Origin: an uncultured Actinomycetes bacterium | Lineage (GTDB): Bacteria; Actinomycetota; UBA4738; HRBIN12 | NCBI GenBank assembly: GCA_963776425.1 | Contig: CAVZMG010000002.1 | Location: 1,122,732-1,186,731 of the forward strand | Direction of reading: 5' to 3' | Length of the DNA stretch: 64,000 nucleotides | Shown here: positions 51,817 through 62,976 of the stretch, one piece after another | Layout: the number at the start of each line of letters is the position of its first letter | Numbering within the stretch: the stretch's first letter is position 1 | Program-made: the position numbers and the translations under genes | The notes under the pieces: generated by a model | What the model saw: the letters and a program-made list of their open reading frames with translations, nothing else | Database searches by the model: none | Told to the model about the DNA's origin: nothing

Positions 51817-52494
51817 TCAGCCGATCTGGAGGTCCACGATCACCGGCAGATGGTCGGAGGCGACCGCGGCCGCCACCCCTCCCGTCTTGATCGTCCGGAT
51901 CGCAACCGGTCCACCGACGAACACGTAGTCGATCCGAGCCGAGGGAGCTCGCGCGGGGAACGTGGCGCCGTCTCCCCCGCCGGCTTCGATCCACCCATCG
52001 CGGAGCACGGACGCGATCCGCGACGGCGCGCGATGATCGGGCGTCACGTTGAGGTCTCCACCGACGACGAGCGGGGCATCGCCGAATGCCGCCACCAGAC
52101 GGACGAGGTCATCCGTCTGCCGGCCCCGCTCGTCGCCGTCGAGTCCCAGATGGATCGAGATCACGGTCGGGCCGGCCCCCGTATCCGCGTTGCGGATCCC
52201 GGCGACGAGCGCGCCGCGCGGGTATCGGCGGGTCGACCGCGCGAACCGCACGAGCTCGTTCGAGGTGAACCGCCATCGATCTGCGACCAGTACGGCGTTC
52301 TTGACCCGTCGGCGGAGCGGCGACCAAGGATCGCTCGCCACGTCCAGCCCGAGGTCCGACGCGAACCGTCGAAGCTCGTGGCGAGCCCCCGACTCTTGCA
52401 GCAGGAGGACGTCTGGCGCCAGGTCTCGGACGACCGCGGCGACGCCTTCGCGACCATCGCGGAACCCCCGCACGTTGTACGTGACGACGCGCAC
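51817..52494 (-). CDS. endonuclease/exonuclease/phosphatase (EEP) family protein
   Basis: EEP motifs (VVTYNVRG, DVLLLQE, GGDLN, SDHLPV). Confidence 0.75.
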   Translation of the reverse strand: MRVVTYNVRGFRDGREGVAAVVRDLAPDVLLLQESGARHELRRFASDLGLDVASDPWSPLRRRVKNAVLVADRWRFTSNELVRFARSTRRYPRGALVAGIRNADTGAGPTVISIHLGLDGDERGRQTDDLVRLVAAFGDAPLVVGGDLNVTPDHRAPSRIASVLRDGWIEAGGGDGATFPARAPSARIDYVFVGGPVAIRTIKTGGVAAAVASDHLPVIVDLQIG

Positions 52495-52498
52495 GGGA

Positions 52499-53437
52499 TC
52501 AGCCCGCGATGAGCTCGGTACCGGCAGCTCCGGCGAGTGCCTCAGACGCTTGATCCAGATCGGCGATCACCGCACGTGTCCCACCGGCCTCGACGAAGTT
52601 CACCGCGGCCTTGACCTTCGGTCCCATCGAGCCCGCCCCGAACTCCCCTTTCTTGAGGAGCGACTTGGCCTCGGTCACCGTGAGGCGGTCGAGGTCCTCC
52701 GGGTACAGGGAGCCGTACCCTCGCTGAACCTTCGGGACGTCGGTGAGGATCAGCAGGACCGGGGCATCGACCTCGTGCGCCAAGAGCGCCGCGGCCAGGT
52801 CCTTGTCGACGACGCCTTCCTTGCCGATCAGCCGCGGGCCTTTCTCGATCACCGGCACACCGCCGCCGCCACTCGCGATCACGATGGTCCCCTCCGCGAC
52901 GAGTCGCTTGATCACGGGCGTCTCCACGATCGAGCGGGGGGTTGGCGACGGCACGACCCGGCGCCACCCTCCATGCGGGTCGGGCTTCATCACGTACCCG
53001 CGTTCGCGCTCGAGCGTCTCGACCTCCGCCTCGTCGTAGAACGGTCCGACGAACTTCGTGGGGTTGCGGAACGCGGGATCCTGCGAGCGCACCCGGGTGA
53101 GCGAGAGGATCGTTGCGACGGGCCGCTCCATGCCCCGCTCGAAGAAGACATCGCCGATCGTCACCTGCAGCAGGTAGCCGATCTGGCCCTGGCTCTCCGC
53201 GCCACACACATCGAGGGGCATCGGGTGGACGACGTCTTTCGCCGCCTCCTGTTGCAGGAGGATCCGGCCGACCTGCGGGCCGTTCCCGTGCGTGACCACA
53301 ACCTCCCATCCGGCCGCCGCGATATCCGCGATGCTCTCCGCGGCCAGGCGGGACGCCCGGTACATCTCATCGAACGTGTCGTCCGCGCCACGGCGGAGCA
53401 GCGCGTTCCCACCGAGGGCGATCACCACCCGGTCCAA
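52499..53437 (-). CDS. arcC: carbamate kinase
   Basis: VIALGGNAL, VVTHGNGPQVG, GGGGVPV carbamate kinase signatures. Confidence 0.85.
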   Translation of the reverse strand: MDRVVIALGGNALLRRGADDTFDEMYRASRLAAESIADIAAAGWEVVVTHGNGPQVGRILLQQEAAKDVVHPMPLDVCGAESQGQIGYLLQVTIGDVFFERGMERPVATILSLTRVRSQDPAFRNPTKFVGPFYDEAEVETLERERGYVMKPDPHGGWRRVVPSPTPRSIVETPVIKRLVAEGTIVIASGGGGVPVIEKGPRLIGKEGVVDKDLAAALLAHEVDAPVLLILTDVPKVQRGYGSLYPEDLDRLTVTEAKSLLKKGEFGAGSMGPKVKAAVNFVEAGGTRAVIADLDQASEALAGAAGTELIAG

Positions 53438-53465
53438 GGCGCCTCCCGTCGAACGCGACCGCCGC

Positions 53466-54782
53466 TCAGCGCCCCAGGACCGGCGCCAGGACGTCCGTGA
53501 GCTGCGGCGAGTCGGGCAACACGTCGAGGTCGTAGCGGACGCGAACGGCCGGCTTCGAGATCGTGATGACCCGACGCAGGTCGATCGGCGTTCCGATCAC
53601 GACGAGGTCCACCTCCGCCGCGTCGATGATCTTCTCCATCTCGGCGAGCTGCCCGTCGGAGTAACCCATCGCGGGAAGGACAGGTCCCACGTCGTACTTG
53701 CGGAACGTCTCGTCGATCGTCCCGACGGCCCAGGGACGCGGGTCGACGATCTCCGCCGCACCGTTCAGCCGCGCCGCCACGACGCCGGCCCCGAACTTCA
53801 TCTCGCCGTGCGTGAGGGTGGGGCCGTCCTCGACGACCAGGACCCGCTTGCCGGCGATCGCACCCGGGTCGTCGACCGTGACGCGACTGTTCGCCTTCAC
53901 GACCGTCGCCCGCGGGTTCACGGTACGGATCGTGTCCTCGAGTTCGCCGATCTGCTCGGTGGACGCGGAGTCCACCTTGTTGATCACGATCACGTCGGCC
54001 ATGCGGATGTTCGTCTCACCGGGGAAGTAGGTCATCTCGTGGCCGGCCCGCAGCGGATCGGCGACCACGATGTTCACGGTCGGCCGGTAGAACGACAGGT
54101 CGTTGTTCCCGCCGTCCCAGAGCAGGACGTCGCACTCCTCCTGTGCCTGGGCGAGGATGTCCGCGTAGTCAACGCCGGCGTAGATGATCGTCCCGGACGT
54201 GATGTGCGGCTCGTACTCCTCGCGCTCCTCGATCGTCGTGTCGTAGCGGTCGAGGTCCTCGAGCGTCGCGTAGCGCTGCACGCGCTGCGCGTTCAAGTCG
54301 CCGTACGGCATCGGATGGCGGACCGCCACGACCCGCTTCCCGGCGTCCTTCAGGACCCCGGCGATCGCGCGAGTCGTCTGGCTCTTCCCCGAGCCGGTGC
54401 GCACGGCGCACACCGAGACCACCGGAACCTTGGCGTCGAGCATGGTCGCGTCGGCGCCCAGGAGCAGGAAGTTCGCGCCCGCGGCCATGGCCTCGCTCGC
54501 CTTGTGCATCACGTAGACATGGGAAACGTCTGAGTACGCGAACACGACGTCATCGACATGGAGCTCCTCGATCAGGTGCGTCAGCTCGGACTCATCGTGG
54601 ATCTTGATCCCGTTCGGGTAGTTCGGTCCGGCGAGCTCCGCCGGATACGTCCGGTCGTTGATGAACGGGATCTGGGTCGCCGTGAACGCCACGACCTCGG
54701 TGTCGGGGTCATCGCGGTACACGGTGTTGAAGTTGTGGAAGTCGCGACCGGCGGCCCCCATGATCAGGACACGACGCTTCAT
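53466..54782 (-). CDS. P-loop NTPase of the cyclic-2,3-diphosphoglycerate-synthetase-like family (putative)
   Basis: 438 aa; N-terminal MGAAGRDFHNFN Rossmann-like region, P-loop CAVRTGSGKSQTTR, EEREEYEPH block; family call from memory, unverified. Confidence 0.45.
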   Translation of the reverse strand: MKRRVLIMGAAGRDFHNFNTVYRDDPDTEVVAFTATQIPFINDRTYPAELAGPNYPNGIKIHDESELTHLIEELHVDDVVFAYSDVSHVYVMHKASEAMAAGANFLLLGADATMLDAKVPVVSVCAVRTGSGKSQTTRAIAGVLKDAGKRVVAVRHPMPYGDLNAQRVQRYATLEDLDRYDTTIEEREEYEPHITSGTIIYAGVDYADILAQAQEECDVLLWDGGNNDLSFYRPTVNIVVADPLRAGHEMTYFPGETNIRMADVIVINKVDSASTEQIGELEDTIRTVNPRATVVKANSRVTVDDPGAIAGKRVLVVEDGPTLTHGEMKFGAGVVAARLNGAAEIVDPRPWAVGTIDETFRKYDVGPVLPAMGYSDGQLAEMEKIIDAAEVDLVVIGTPIDLRRVITISKPAVRVRYDLDVLPDSPQLTDVLAPVLGR

Positions 54783-55083
54783 GGCTCTGTCCTTTCGAAC
54801 GAGGGATGTGATGCGCGGGTGGCGACGCCTCCCCGCTCTTCGGTCCGGAGCCTATCCCACCGTCAGACGTCCGGCATCGGCCGGTCGGCCCGGCACGAAG
54901 GGCCCGTTCGTCACCCTCGCTCCGGACCCGCGAACGTAGTCCGATGGATGCTCCGCCACCCATCCGCGTCGATCGACCGATGCAACGCGTACGTCACACA
55001 GCGGTGTGACCTCGAAGTCCCCCAGGCGCAAGCCATCGTGCGGCAAGGCGAGACCCTATCTGCACGGCACCGTTCGGCACAGG

Positions 55084-55650
55084 TCAGCCCGGCTCGAGGT
55101 CCCCGGGCACGTCGACGTCGAACAGCGTCCGCCGTTCAGGGTCGAGCGCGGTCCAGGCCCGCTCGTCGATCACGACGGGTTCGAGCGTTCCCAGCATCGA
55201 GCGGAGGCGACGACCCCCGACATGCAGCAACGTGTGGGTCGCGTCGAGCGCCTCGAGCATCCGCAACACACAGGGAAGGGGCCGGAACCGATCGGCGTCC
55301 GCGAGCGCGACCGCAGCCGCCTCCTCGGTCGCGGCGACGCGCAGCATCTCCTCGAGGACGCGGGGCTGGAGGTCCGGCATGTCTCCGCCGGCGACGACCA
55401 CGAGTTCTGTTCGGCAGGCCATGAGCCCGGCATACAGGCCCGCGAGCGGGCCTTCCCCTTCGGTGCTATCGCGGGCGAACCGGACGTCGAGCCCTCCGGG
55501 GAGCTCCGGCTCGGCCCCTTGGGGTGAGAGCACCACGACGATCTCTTCGCAGACCTCGGCGAGTCGCGCCACCGCGCCGTGGAGCAGCGGAGCGCCCCGA
55601 TAGGTCGACGAGAGCTTGTCCCCGCCGAACCGGGTCGACCGTCCCCCCGC
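55084..55650 (-). CDS. mobA: molybdenum cofactor guanylyltransferase MobA (start codon unclear)
   Basis: GIVLAGGRSTRFGGDKL nucleotide-binding motif and MobA C-terminal region. No ATG/GTG/TTG between the upstream stop and the GTG at 55572, which lies downstream of the conserved motif. Confidence 0.65.
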   Translation of the reverse strand, partial: AGGRSTRFGGDKLSSTYRGAPLLHGAVARLAEVCEEIVVVLSPQGAEPELPGGLDVRFARDSTEGEGPLAGLYAGLMACRTELVVVAGGDMPDLQPRVLEEMLRVAATEEAAAVALADADRFRPLPCVLRMLEALDATHTLLHVGGRRLRSMLGTLEPVVIDERAWTALDPERRTLFDVDVPGDLEPG

Positions 55651-55693
55651 CAGGACGATCCCGGTCGCGGCGGTGCCCGTAGTCTGCGACAGA

Positions 55694-56667
55694 CTAGTCT
55701 CGCTTCCGTTTCCGGGCGGCCGGGTCCTCGCCCTTGCGCGCCTGGACGAACGCGAACCCGAATCGGCCCTTGATGCAGAGATGGCCGTTCGTGACGTCGT
55801 TGTCCCACGGGGAGGTCACCTTGACGATCTCGTTGTCCTGGACGTGCAGCTCGAGCTCGCATCCCACGCCGCAATAGGGGCAGATCGTCTCAACGACCGT
55901 CTGCGCTTCCTCGTCCCATGAGCCATCCTCACGCTTGTCGTGCTCGCTCGTGAACATCAATGCGCCGGTCGGACACACCCCGATGCAGTTCCCGCAGTAG
56001 ACGCAGGCGGACTCGTTCAGCGGGACCGCGAACTCGGTCGAGATCCGAGCGTCGAACCCGCGACCGGCCACGGCGATCGCGAACGTGTTCTGTGCGTCGA
56101 CACCACAGGCTTCGACGCACTTGTAGCAGAGGATGCAACGCGAGTAGTCACGCACGTAGAGTTCGTTGTCGATCTTCACCGGCTGCGCGACGGACTCGGC
56201 GATCGTGGGGTCCTCCGGATCGTGATGATGCCCGGCCCATCGTTCGTCACGCTCCCCCGCGGGGAGGGATCCCATCCGCGCACCGAAACGATCGGGGTCC
56301 GTCCCGTACTCCCCCATCCACCGATGGACGTCGGCGCCGGTGAGCTCCGTGTCGACGCTCGACGCCAGGAACTCCATCACGAGCTTGCGTGAGTGCTTGA
56401 CGCGGTCCGTCTCCGTCTTCACTACCATGCCGTCCTCAGCCGGACGGCTGCACGCAGGGACGAGCGTGCGCGCACCCTCGACCTCGACGACGCAGACGCG
56501 ACAGGCGTTCACGGGCGTGAGGTTGTCGGCGAAACACAGCGTGGGGGTGTCGATGCCCTGGGCGCGGCATGCATCGAGGATCGTCGACCCGTCCGCCACC
56601 CGAACGGCCTGCCCGTCGACCTCGATGTCGAGCAGCCGCCGGGGTGGATCGAGCGGCACGGCCTGGC

Positions 56668-56671
<4 letters not shown>
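55694..56671 (-). CDS. formate dehydrogenase alpha, N-terminal Fe-S module (NuoG-like 2Fe-2S + 4Fe-4S clusters) as separate polypeptide
   Basis: 2Fe-2S ferredoxin N-terminus (CRVCVVEV), 4Fe-4S motifs (CILCYKCVEAC, CVYCGNCIGVCP), then CPYCGVGC...LCIKGRFGFAFV (the N-terminal cluster of FdhF-type Mo enzymes) before a stop. Confidence 0.8.
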
Positions 56672-58557
<1,886 letters not shown>

Positions 58558-58567
58558 CGCAGCTCCC

Positions 58568-60508
58568 TCACTCGGCGTCTCGCTCCCCCGCGGGCACGGA
58601 CACCCGCGGCAGCCGGTCGATCCGCACCGCCGTCGCCTTGAACTCGGCGGTCCCAGATTTCGGGTCGTTCGCCTCGATCGTCAGCCGGTTCGTCTCGACC
58701 TGGTCGGGGAAGTGCAGCGTCATGAACGTCAGCCCCGGCCGCAGCCCGCTGTCGAGATGGACCGGCGCCTCGACCGATCCGCGGCGAGAGGTGACGCGCA
58801 CCCGCTCTCCCTCGACGACGCCGAGCGCCGCCGCGTCCTCCGGCGAGATCTCGATCGACTCGGGCCGACGGAGCGGCGACGTATACCCACCCGTCTGGAC
58901 GCCGGTGTTGTACGAGTCGAGCCGTCGGCCCGTCGTCAGCCGCAATGGGAACTCGGCATCGAGCGCGTCGACCGGCGGGTCGTCGATCACCACGCTGAAC
59001 GGCGCCTTCGTTCCTTGCGTCTGGGGATCGTCGAACGCCCATAGCCGTTCGTGGAGGAAGAGCGTGCCCGGATGGGACTCGTCGGGGCACGGCCACTGGA
59101 TCCCACCGAGCGCCTCCAGGCGTTCGTACGACATCCCCGCGTGCATCGGTGAGAGCGAGCGGAGCTCGTCCCATGCCCCATGGGCCGTGACCTCTCCCCA
59201 GTCGCGTCCGAGCCGCTTCGCCAGCTGCGCGATGATCCAGATGTCGTCCTTCGCGTTCCCGGGTGGATCGAGCGCCTTGCGGACCCGTTGCACCCGCCGC
59301 TCGCTGTTCGTCACGGTACCCTCGGCCTCCGCCCACGCGGCGGACGCCGGGAACACCACGTCGGCGAGCTCCGCGGTCTTCGTCATGAAGATGTCCTGCA
59401 CGATCAGACAATCGAGGTTCTCGAGCAGCGGCGTAGCGTGCGTCGCGTCGGCCTCGGAGCTGGCCGGGTTCTCGCCGATCACGTAGACCGCCCGGATGTC
59501 CCCGCGCTCCATCGCGTGGAACATCTGGGTGAGGTGCCAGCCGTACTTCGGCGTGATCGGGACACCCCAGGCCCGCTCGAACCGCTCGCGCGCGGCCGCG
59601 TCCTGCTCGATGTCCTGGAACCCCGGGAGCTTGTTGGGGATCGCGCCCATGTCGCCGCCGCCCTGCACGTTGTTCTGGCCGCGGAGCGGGTTCACGCCGC
59701 TGCCGTAGACCCCGACATGACCGGTCAGCAGGCTGAGGTTGATCAGGGCGAGCACGTTGTCGACGCCGTTGTGATGCTCGGTGATGCCGAGCGTCCAGCA
59801 GATCACCGCGCGGTCGGCCTTCGCATACGCGTGCGCGACCTCCTGGATGATCTCGGCCGGTACGCCCGTCACTTCCTCGCCGCGCTCGAGGGTCCAGTCC
59901 ATCACCGAGTCGCGATAGGCGGCGAACCCGGTCGTCGCACCTTCGATGAACGTGTGGTGCTGCAGGTCGTTCACGATGATCTCGCGCGCCATCGTGTTGG
60001 AGAGCGCGATGTCGGTGCCGACGTCGATCCCGAGCCACAGGTCGCCCCACTCCGCGGACTCCGTCCGACGTGGATCCACCACGATCATCTTCGCCCCGTT
60101 GTGGATGCCCTTCAGGACGTGGTGGAAGAAGATCGGATGCGCCGCGCGCGCGTTCGATCCCCACAACAGGACGAGATCGGTGTGCTCGATCTCCTCGTAT
60201 GAGCTTGTCCCGCCACCTGCTCCGAACACGGTCGCCAGACCGACGACGGAAGGAGCGTGTCAGGTGCGGTTGCAGCTGTCGATGTTGTTGCTGCGCAAGA
60301 CCTGGCGAGCGAACTTCTGTGCGACGAAGTTCATCTCGTTCGTGGCCTTGGAGCAACTGAACAGGCCGACCCCGTTGCCGCCGTTCCGCTCGGTGGCGGC
60401 GCGCAGCCCGTCCGCGGCCCGATCAAGGGCCTCGTCCCAGGTGGCGATGCGCAACACGCCGTTCTCGCGGACCATCGGCTCGGTGAGTCGGGTGAGCCCG
60501 TTCGTCAT
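58568..60508 (-). CDS. fdhA: formate dehydrogenase catalytic (Mo-bisPGD) subunit, selenoprotein; in-frame UGA (60260-60262) aligns with active-site Sec
   Basis: ATG with AAGGAGA SD. SNNIDSCNRT-[TGA]-HAPSVVGLATVFGAGGGTSSYEE aligns with E. coli FdhF CARV-U-HGPSVAGL. Two six-frame ORFs (60260..61003 and 58568..60229) share one frame and are separated only by that TGA. Confidence 0.8.
60215..60257 (-). ncRNA. candidate bacterial SECIS element downstream of the fdhA UGA
   Basis: mRNA UGA-CACGCUCCUUCCGUCGUCGGUCUGGCGACCGUG: hairpin CGGUC-UGGC-GACCG with GGUCUG motif (E. coli fdhF SECIS apex is GGUC/GGUCUG). Confidence 0.4.
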
Positions 60509-60537
60509 CGGCTCTCCTTTCGACCGAACGTCGGTTC

Positions 60538-61545
60538 GTGCGCGATTGTACGCGCGCTCCATCCTCGAGCCGTGCCGATGCGCCTCGGTGGACGTGTCCG
60601 GGCTGGTCAAGGCGCTCAGCCAAGGTCCATCATGTGCGGGTGGAACAGATCCCGATCGGCGGTGCGGCCGATCCCTTCGACAACGTCGTCGCCTTGCCCG
60701 GTGGGCGGAGCGATCCGGACCGGGAGATCCCCGAGCCCGACGCGGAGCAGGTGGTGCCGGCCGAACCAGCCCTCGGACCGCTGATCGAAGAAGCCGCACG
60801 CATCGTGGCGGGATCCATCTCCGCCGTGACCGAGCTCGTCGTCTCGGCCCTGCAGGACCTCTCCGTTCGATCCGAAGCAGGGGAAGCCGATGAGGAGTCT
60901 TTCGACGGCGAACCGATGCCGAGGGATCCATCCCCGATCGGTGTAGCGGCCGGCGCGGCCGCCGGGCTGACGATGCAGCTGTCGGAGGTCGCCATCCGGG
61001 CAACCACCTCGTTCGCCGGAACGGCCGGACCGATGATGTCGTGGATCACGAGCCCCGCGGTGGTGCGCCGCGGAGTGGCAGACCTCAGGTCACGAGCCGA
61101 AGGATTGAACGATCGTTGGTCACAGGAGCGACCGGCCAGCGAAGACGCGGCCGCCTCGTTCGCGAGACGGCTCCTCCCGGAGCTCACGAGTGCCGTCCTC
61201 GACCAACTGGATCTGACCCAGATCGCGATCGACCATCTCGATATCGATCGGATCGTCGACTCGATCGATCTCGACGCGATCGTGGAACGGGTTGACATCG
61301 ATGCTGTCATCCATCGCCTCGACCTGGCCGGCATCGCCACCGAAGTCATCGGTGAGATCGACCTGCCCGAGTTGATCCGCGAGTCGACCGGCGCGGTCAC
61401 GTCGGAGACCGTTCGAACCGTGCGCCTCGGAAGCGCTGAGCTCGATCGCTTGCTCGGCCGCGTGGTCGACCGGTTGTTGCGCCGCGGAGCCGATGGGGAT
61501 GGCGGATCCGATGGCGCTCGGGATGACGAGGAGGCGCGATCGTGA
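60538..61545 (+). CDS. hypothetical protein with five about 9-residue hDhDxIhxx repeats (LDIDRIVDS/IDLDAIVER/VDIDAVIHR/LDLAGIATE); start uncertain (N-terminus overlaps fdhA promoter region)
   Basis: Protein-like composition from about 60640 onward; repeats visible at DNA level as recurring ATCGA(T/C) units around 61200-61380; translationally coupled (ATGA) to downstream RDD gene. Confidence 0.4.
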   Translation: MRDCTRAPSSSRADAPRWTCPGWSRRSAKVHHVRVEQIPIGGAADPFDNVVALPGGRSDPDREIPEPDAEQVVPAEPALGPLIEEAARIVAGSISAVTELVVSALQDLSVRSEAGEADEESFDGEPMPRDPSPIGVAAGAAAGLTMQLSEVAIRATTSFAGTAGPMMSWITSPAVVRRGVADLRSRAEGLNDRWSQERPASEDAAASFARRLLPELTSAVLDQLDLTQIAIDHLDIDRIVDSIDLDAIVERVDIDAVIHRLDLAGIATEVIGEIDLPELIRESTGAVTSETVRTVRLGSAELDRLLGRVVDRLLRRGADGDGGSDGARDDEEARS

Positions 61546-62174
61546 AGACCGAGCCCCGGCCGGTTGGAGGCGGGCACCGCGTGGACGTCGTTCCGGCAGA
61601 GGCGCGAAGCCTGCAGGGCCATCGTGCGGGTCTCGTGAGTCGCGCGATCGCGAACGTGATCGACTTCGCCTTCGTGTATGCGGCGGTCTTGGCTGCGTAC
61701 CTCGCCATCACCTTCGCGCTCTTCGTGTGGCGCGGATCCCGGTTCACGTTCCCCACGCCCTCGTTCGACCGCGTGATCCTCCTCGCGACGCTCTTCCAGA
61801 TCGCGTACTTCGCGACCTCATGGGCGACGTCGGGCCGAACGTACGGGGACCGGTTGATGGGGTTGCGTGTGCTCGACCGGAATCGGAAGACGCTTCGGAT
61901 CGGTCCTGCCCTGGCGCGAGGCGTCTTGTGCGCACTGTTCCCGGTGGGTTTGCTCTGGGTGGGGATCAGCCGAGGGAACCGCTCGGTGCAGGATCTGATC
62001 ATGCGCACGTCGGTGATCTACGACTGGGCGCACCGGGCAGCCATCGGCGAGCTCGGACCGGACGGTGTCGCCTCAGGTGATCCGCTCAGCTCCGGTGTAG
62101 ACGTTCAGCCGTCCGTCACGGACGAACCCGACGATCGTCATCCCGAAGCGCTCCCCCGCGTCGACGGCGAGTGA
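61542..62174 (+). CDS. RDD-family membrane protein
   Basis: RDD-type topology and motif (RAIANVIDFAF... GRTYGDRLMGLRV); C-terminal 100 nt overlap convergently with fdhD. Confidence 0.6.
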   Translation: MKTEPRPVGGGHRVDVVPAEARSLQGHRAGLVSRAIANVIDFAFVYAAVLAAYLAITFALFVWRGSRFTFPTPSFDRVILLATLFQIAYFATSWATSGRTYGDRLMGLRVLDRNRKTLRIGPALARGVLCALFPVGLLWVGISRGNRSVQDLIMRTSVIYDWAHRAAIGELGPDGVASGDPLSSGVDVQPSVTDEPDDRHPEALPRVDGE

Positions 62175-62909
62175 CGTCGGCGCACTCACCGCGCTCACGA
62201 TCGGGATCCCCGCGACCGCCGCTTTCTGGACGATCTCGAACGACAGCCTTCCGCTGACCTGCAGGATGCGGTCGACTAGCGGGATGCTCCCGGCGAGTAC
62301 TTGCTCGCCGATCACCTTGTCGACGGCGTTGTGACGGCCGACGTCTTCGCGAACCGAGATGAGTTCCCCGTCGGCGGTGAACAGTCCGGCGGCGTGCAGC
62401 CCGCCGGTGCGCTCGAACACGCGCTGATGCGACCGTAGCCGGTCGGGCAACGTTACGAGCGTCTCGGCCGACACCGTGGGACCCGGATTGACCGCGGCGC
62501 AGCGGACCTCGATGTCGTCGAGGGCAGCCTTCCCGCAGATACCGCAGGAGGACGTCGCGTAGAAGTTCCGGCGCACCCGTTCCGCATCGAACGGCCGAGC
62601 CACCCGCACCGACACCACGTTGTAGCGCTGATCCTCGCCGGGCAGGTTGTCGCAGTACGCGACCCGACCGACGTCGTCGGGCGCGATCAACCCCTCCGTG
62701 AACAGGAATCCAACGGCGAGCTCGAAATCGCCACCAGGCGTCCGCATCGTGACGGCCACCGAGCGGAGCTCCTGGTCGGGACCGGCGACCCGGATCTCCA
62801 TCGGCTCCTCGGTCGCGAGCGTGTCGGGGCGATCGCCGGACACCCCGTCATGCATCGCGATGACCCGAACGGGGGTCGAGCTCCTCCGGAGCGGTTCCGA
62901 CACGGACAT
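62073..62909 (-). CDS. fdhD: formate dehydrogenase accessory sulfurtransferase FdhD
   Basis: FdhD motifs (SSCGICGK catalytic Cys loop, GRHNAVDKVIG). Confidence 0.85.
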   Translation of the reverse strand: MSVSEPLRRSSTPVRVIAMHDGVSGDRPDTLATEEPMEIRVAGPDQELRSVAVTMRTPGGDFELAVGFLFTEGLIAPDDVGRVAYCDNLPGEDQRYNVVSVRVARPFDAERVRRNFYATSSCGICGKAALDDIEVRCAAVNPGPTVSAETLVTLPDRLRSHQRVFERTGGLHAAGLFTADGELISVREDVGRHNAVDKVIGEQVLAGSIPLVDRILQVSGRLSFEIVQKAAVAGIPIVSAVSAPTSLAVDAGERFGMTIVGFVRDGRLNVYTGAERIT

Positions 62910-62976
62910 GACCCCAGCGTAGAGCCGGCGTCCTTATCGGTCCATCCGCCCGCTCGGGACCGCCGAACCGTGAGCG

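Noticed and set aside
60230-60262. fdhA as a pseudogene disrupted by a nonsense mutation
   Set aside because: The TGA falls precisely at the universally conserved Sec/Cys active-site position of FdhF-type enzymes. Both flanks are intact with a candidate SECIS, so selenoprotein is the better explanation.
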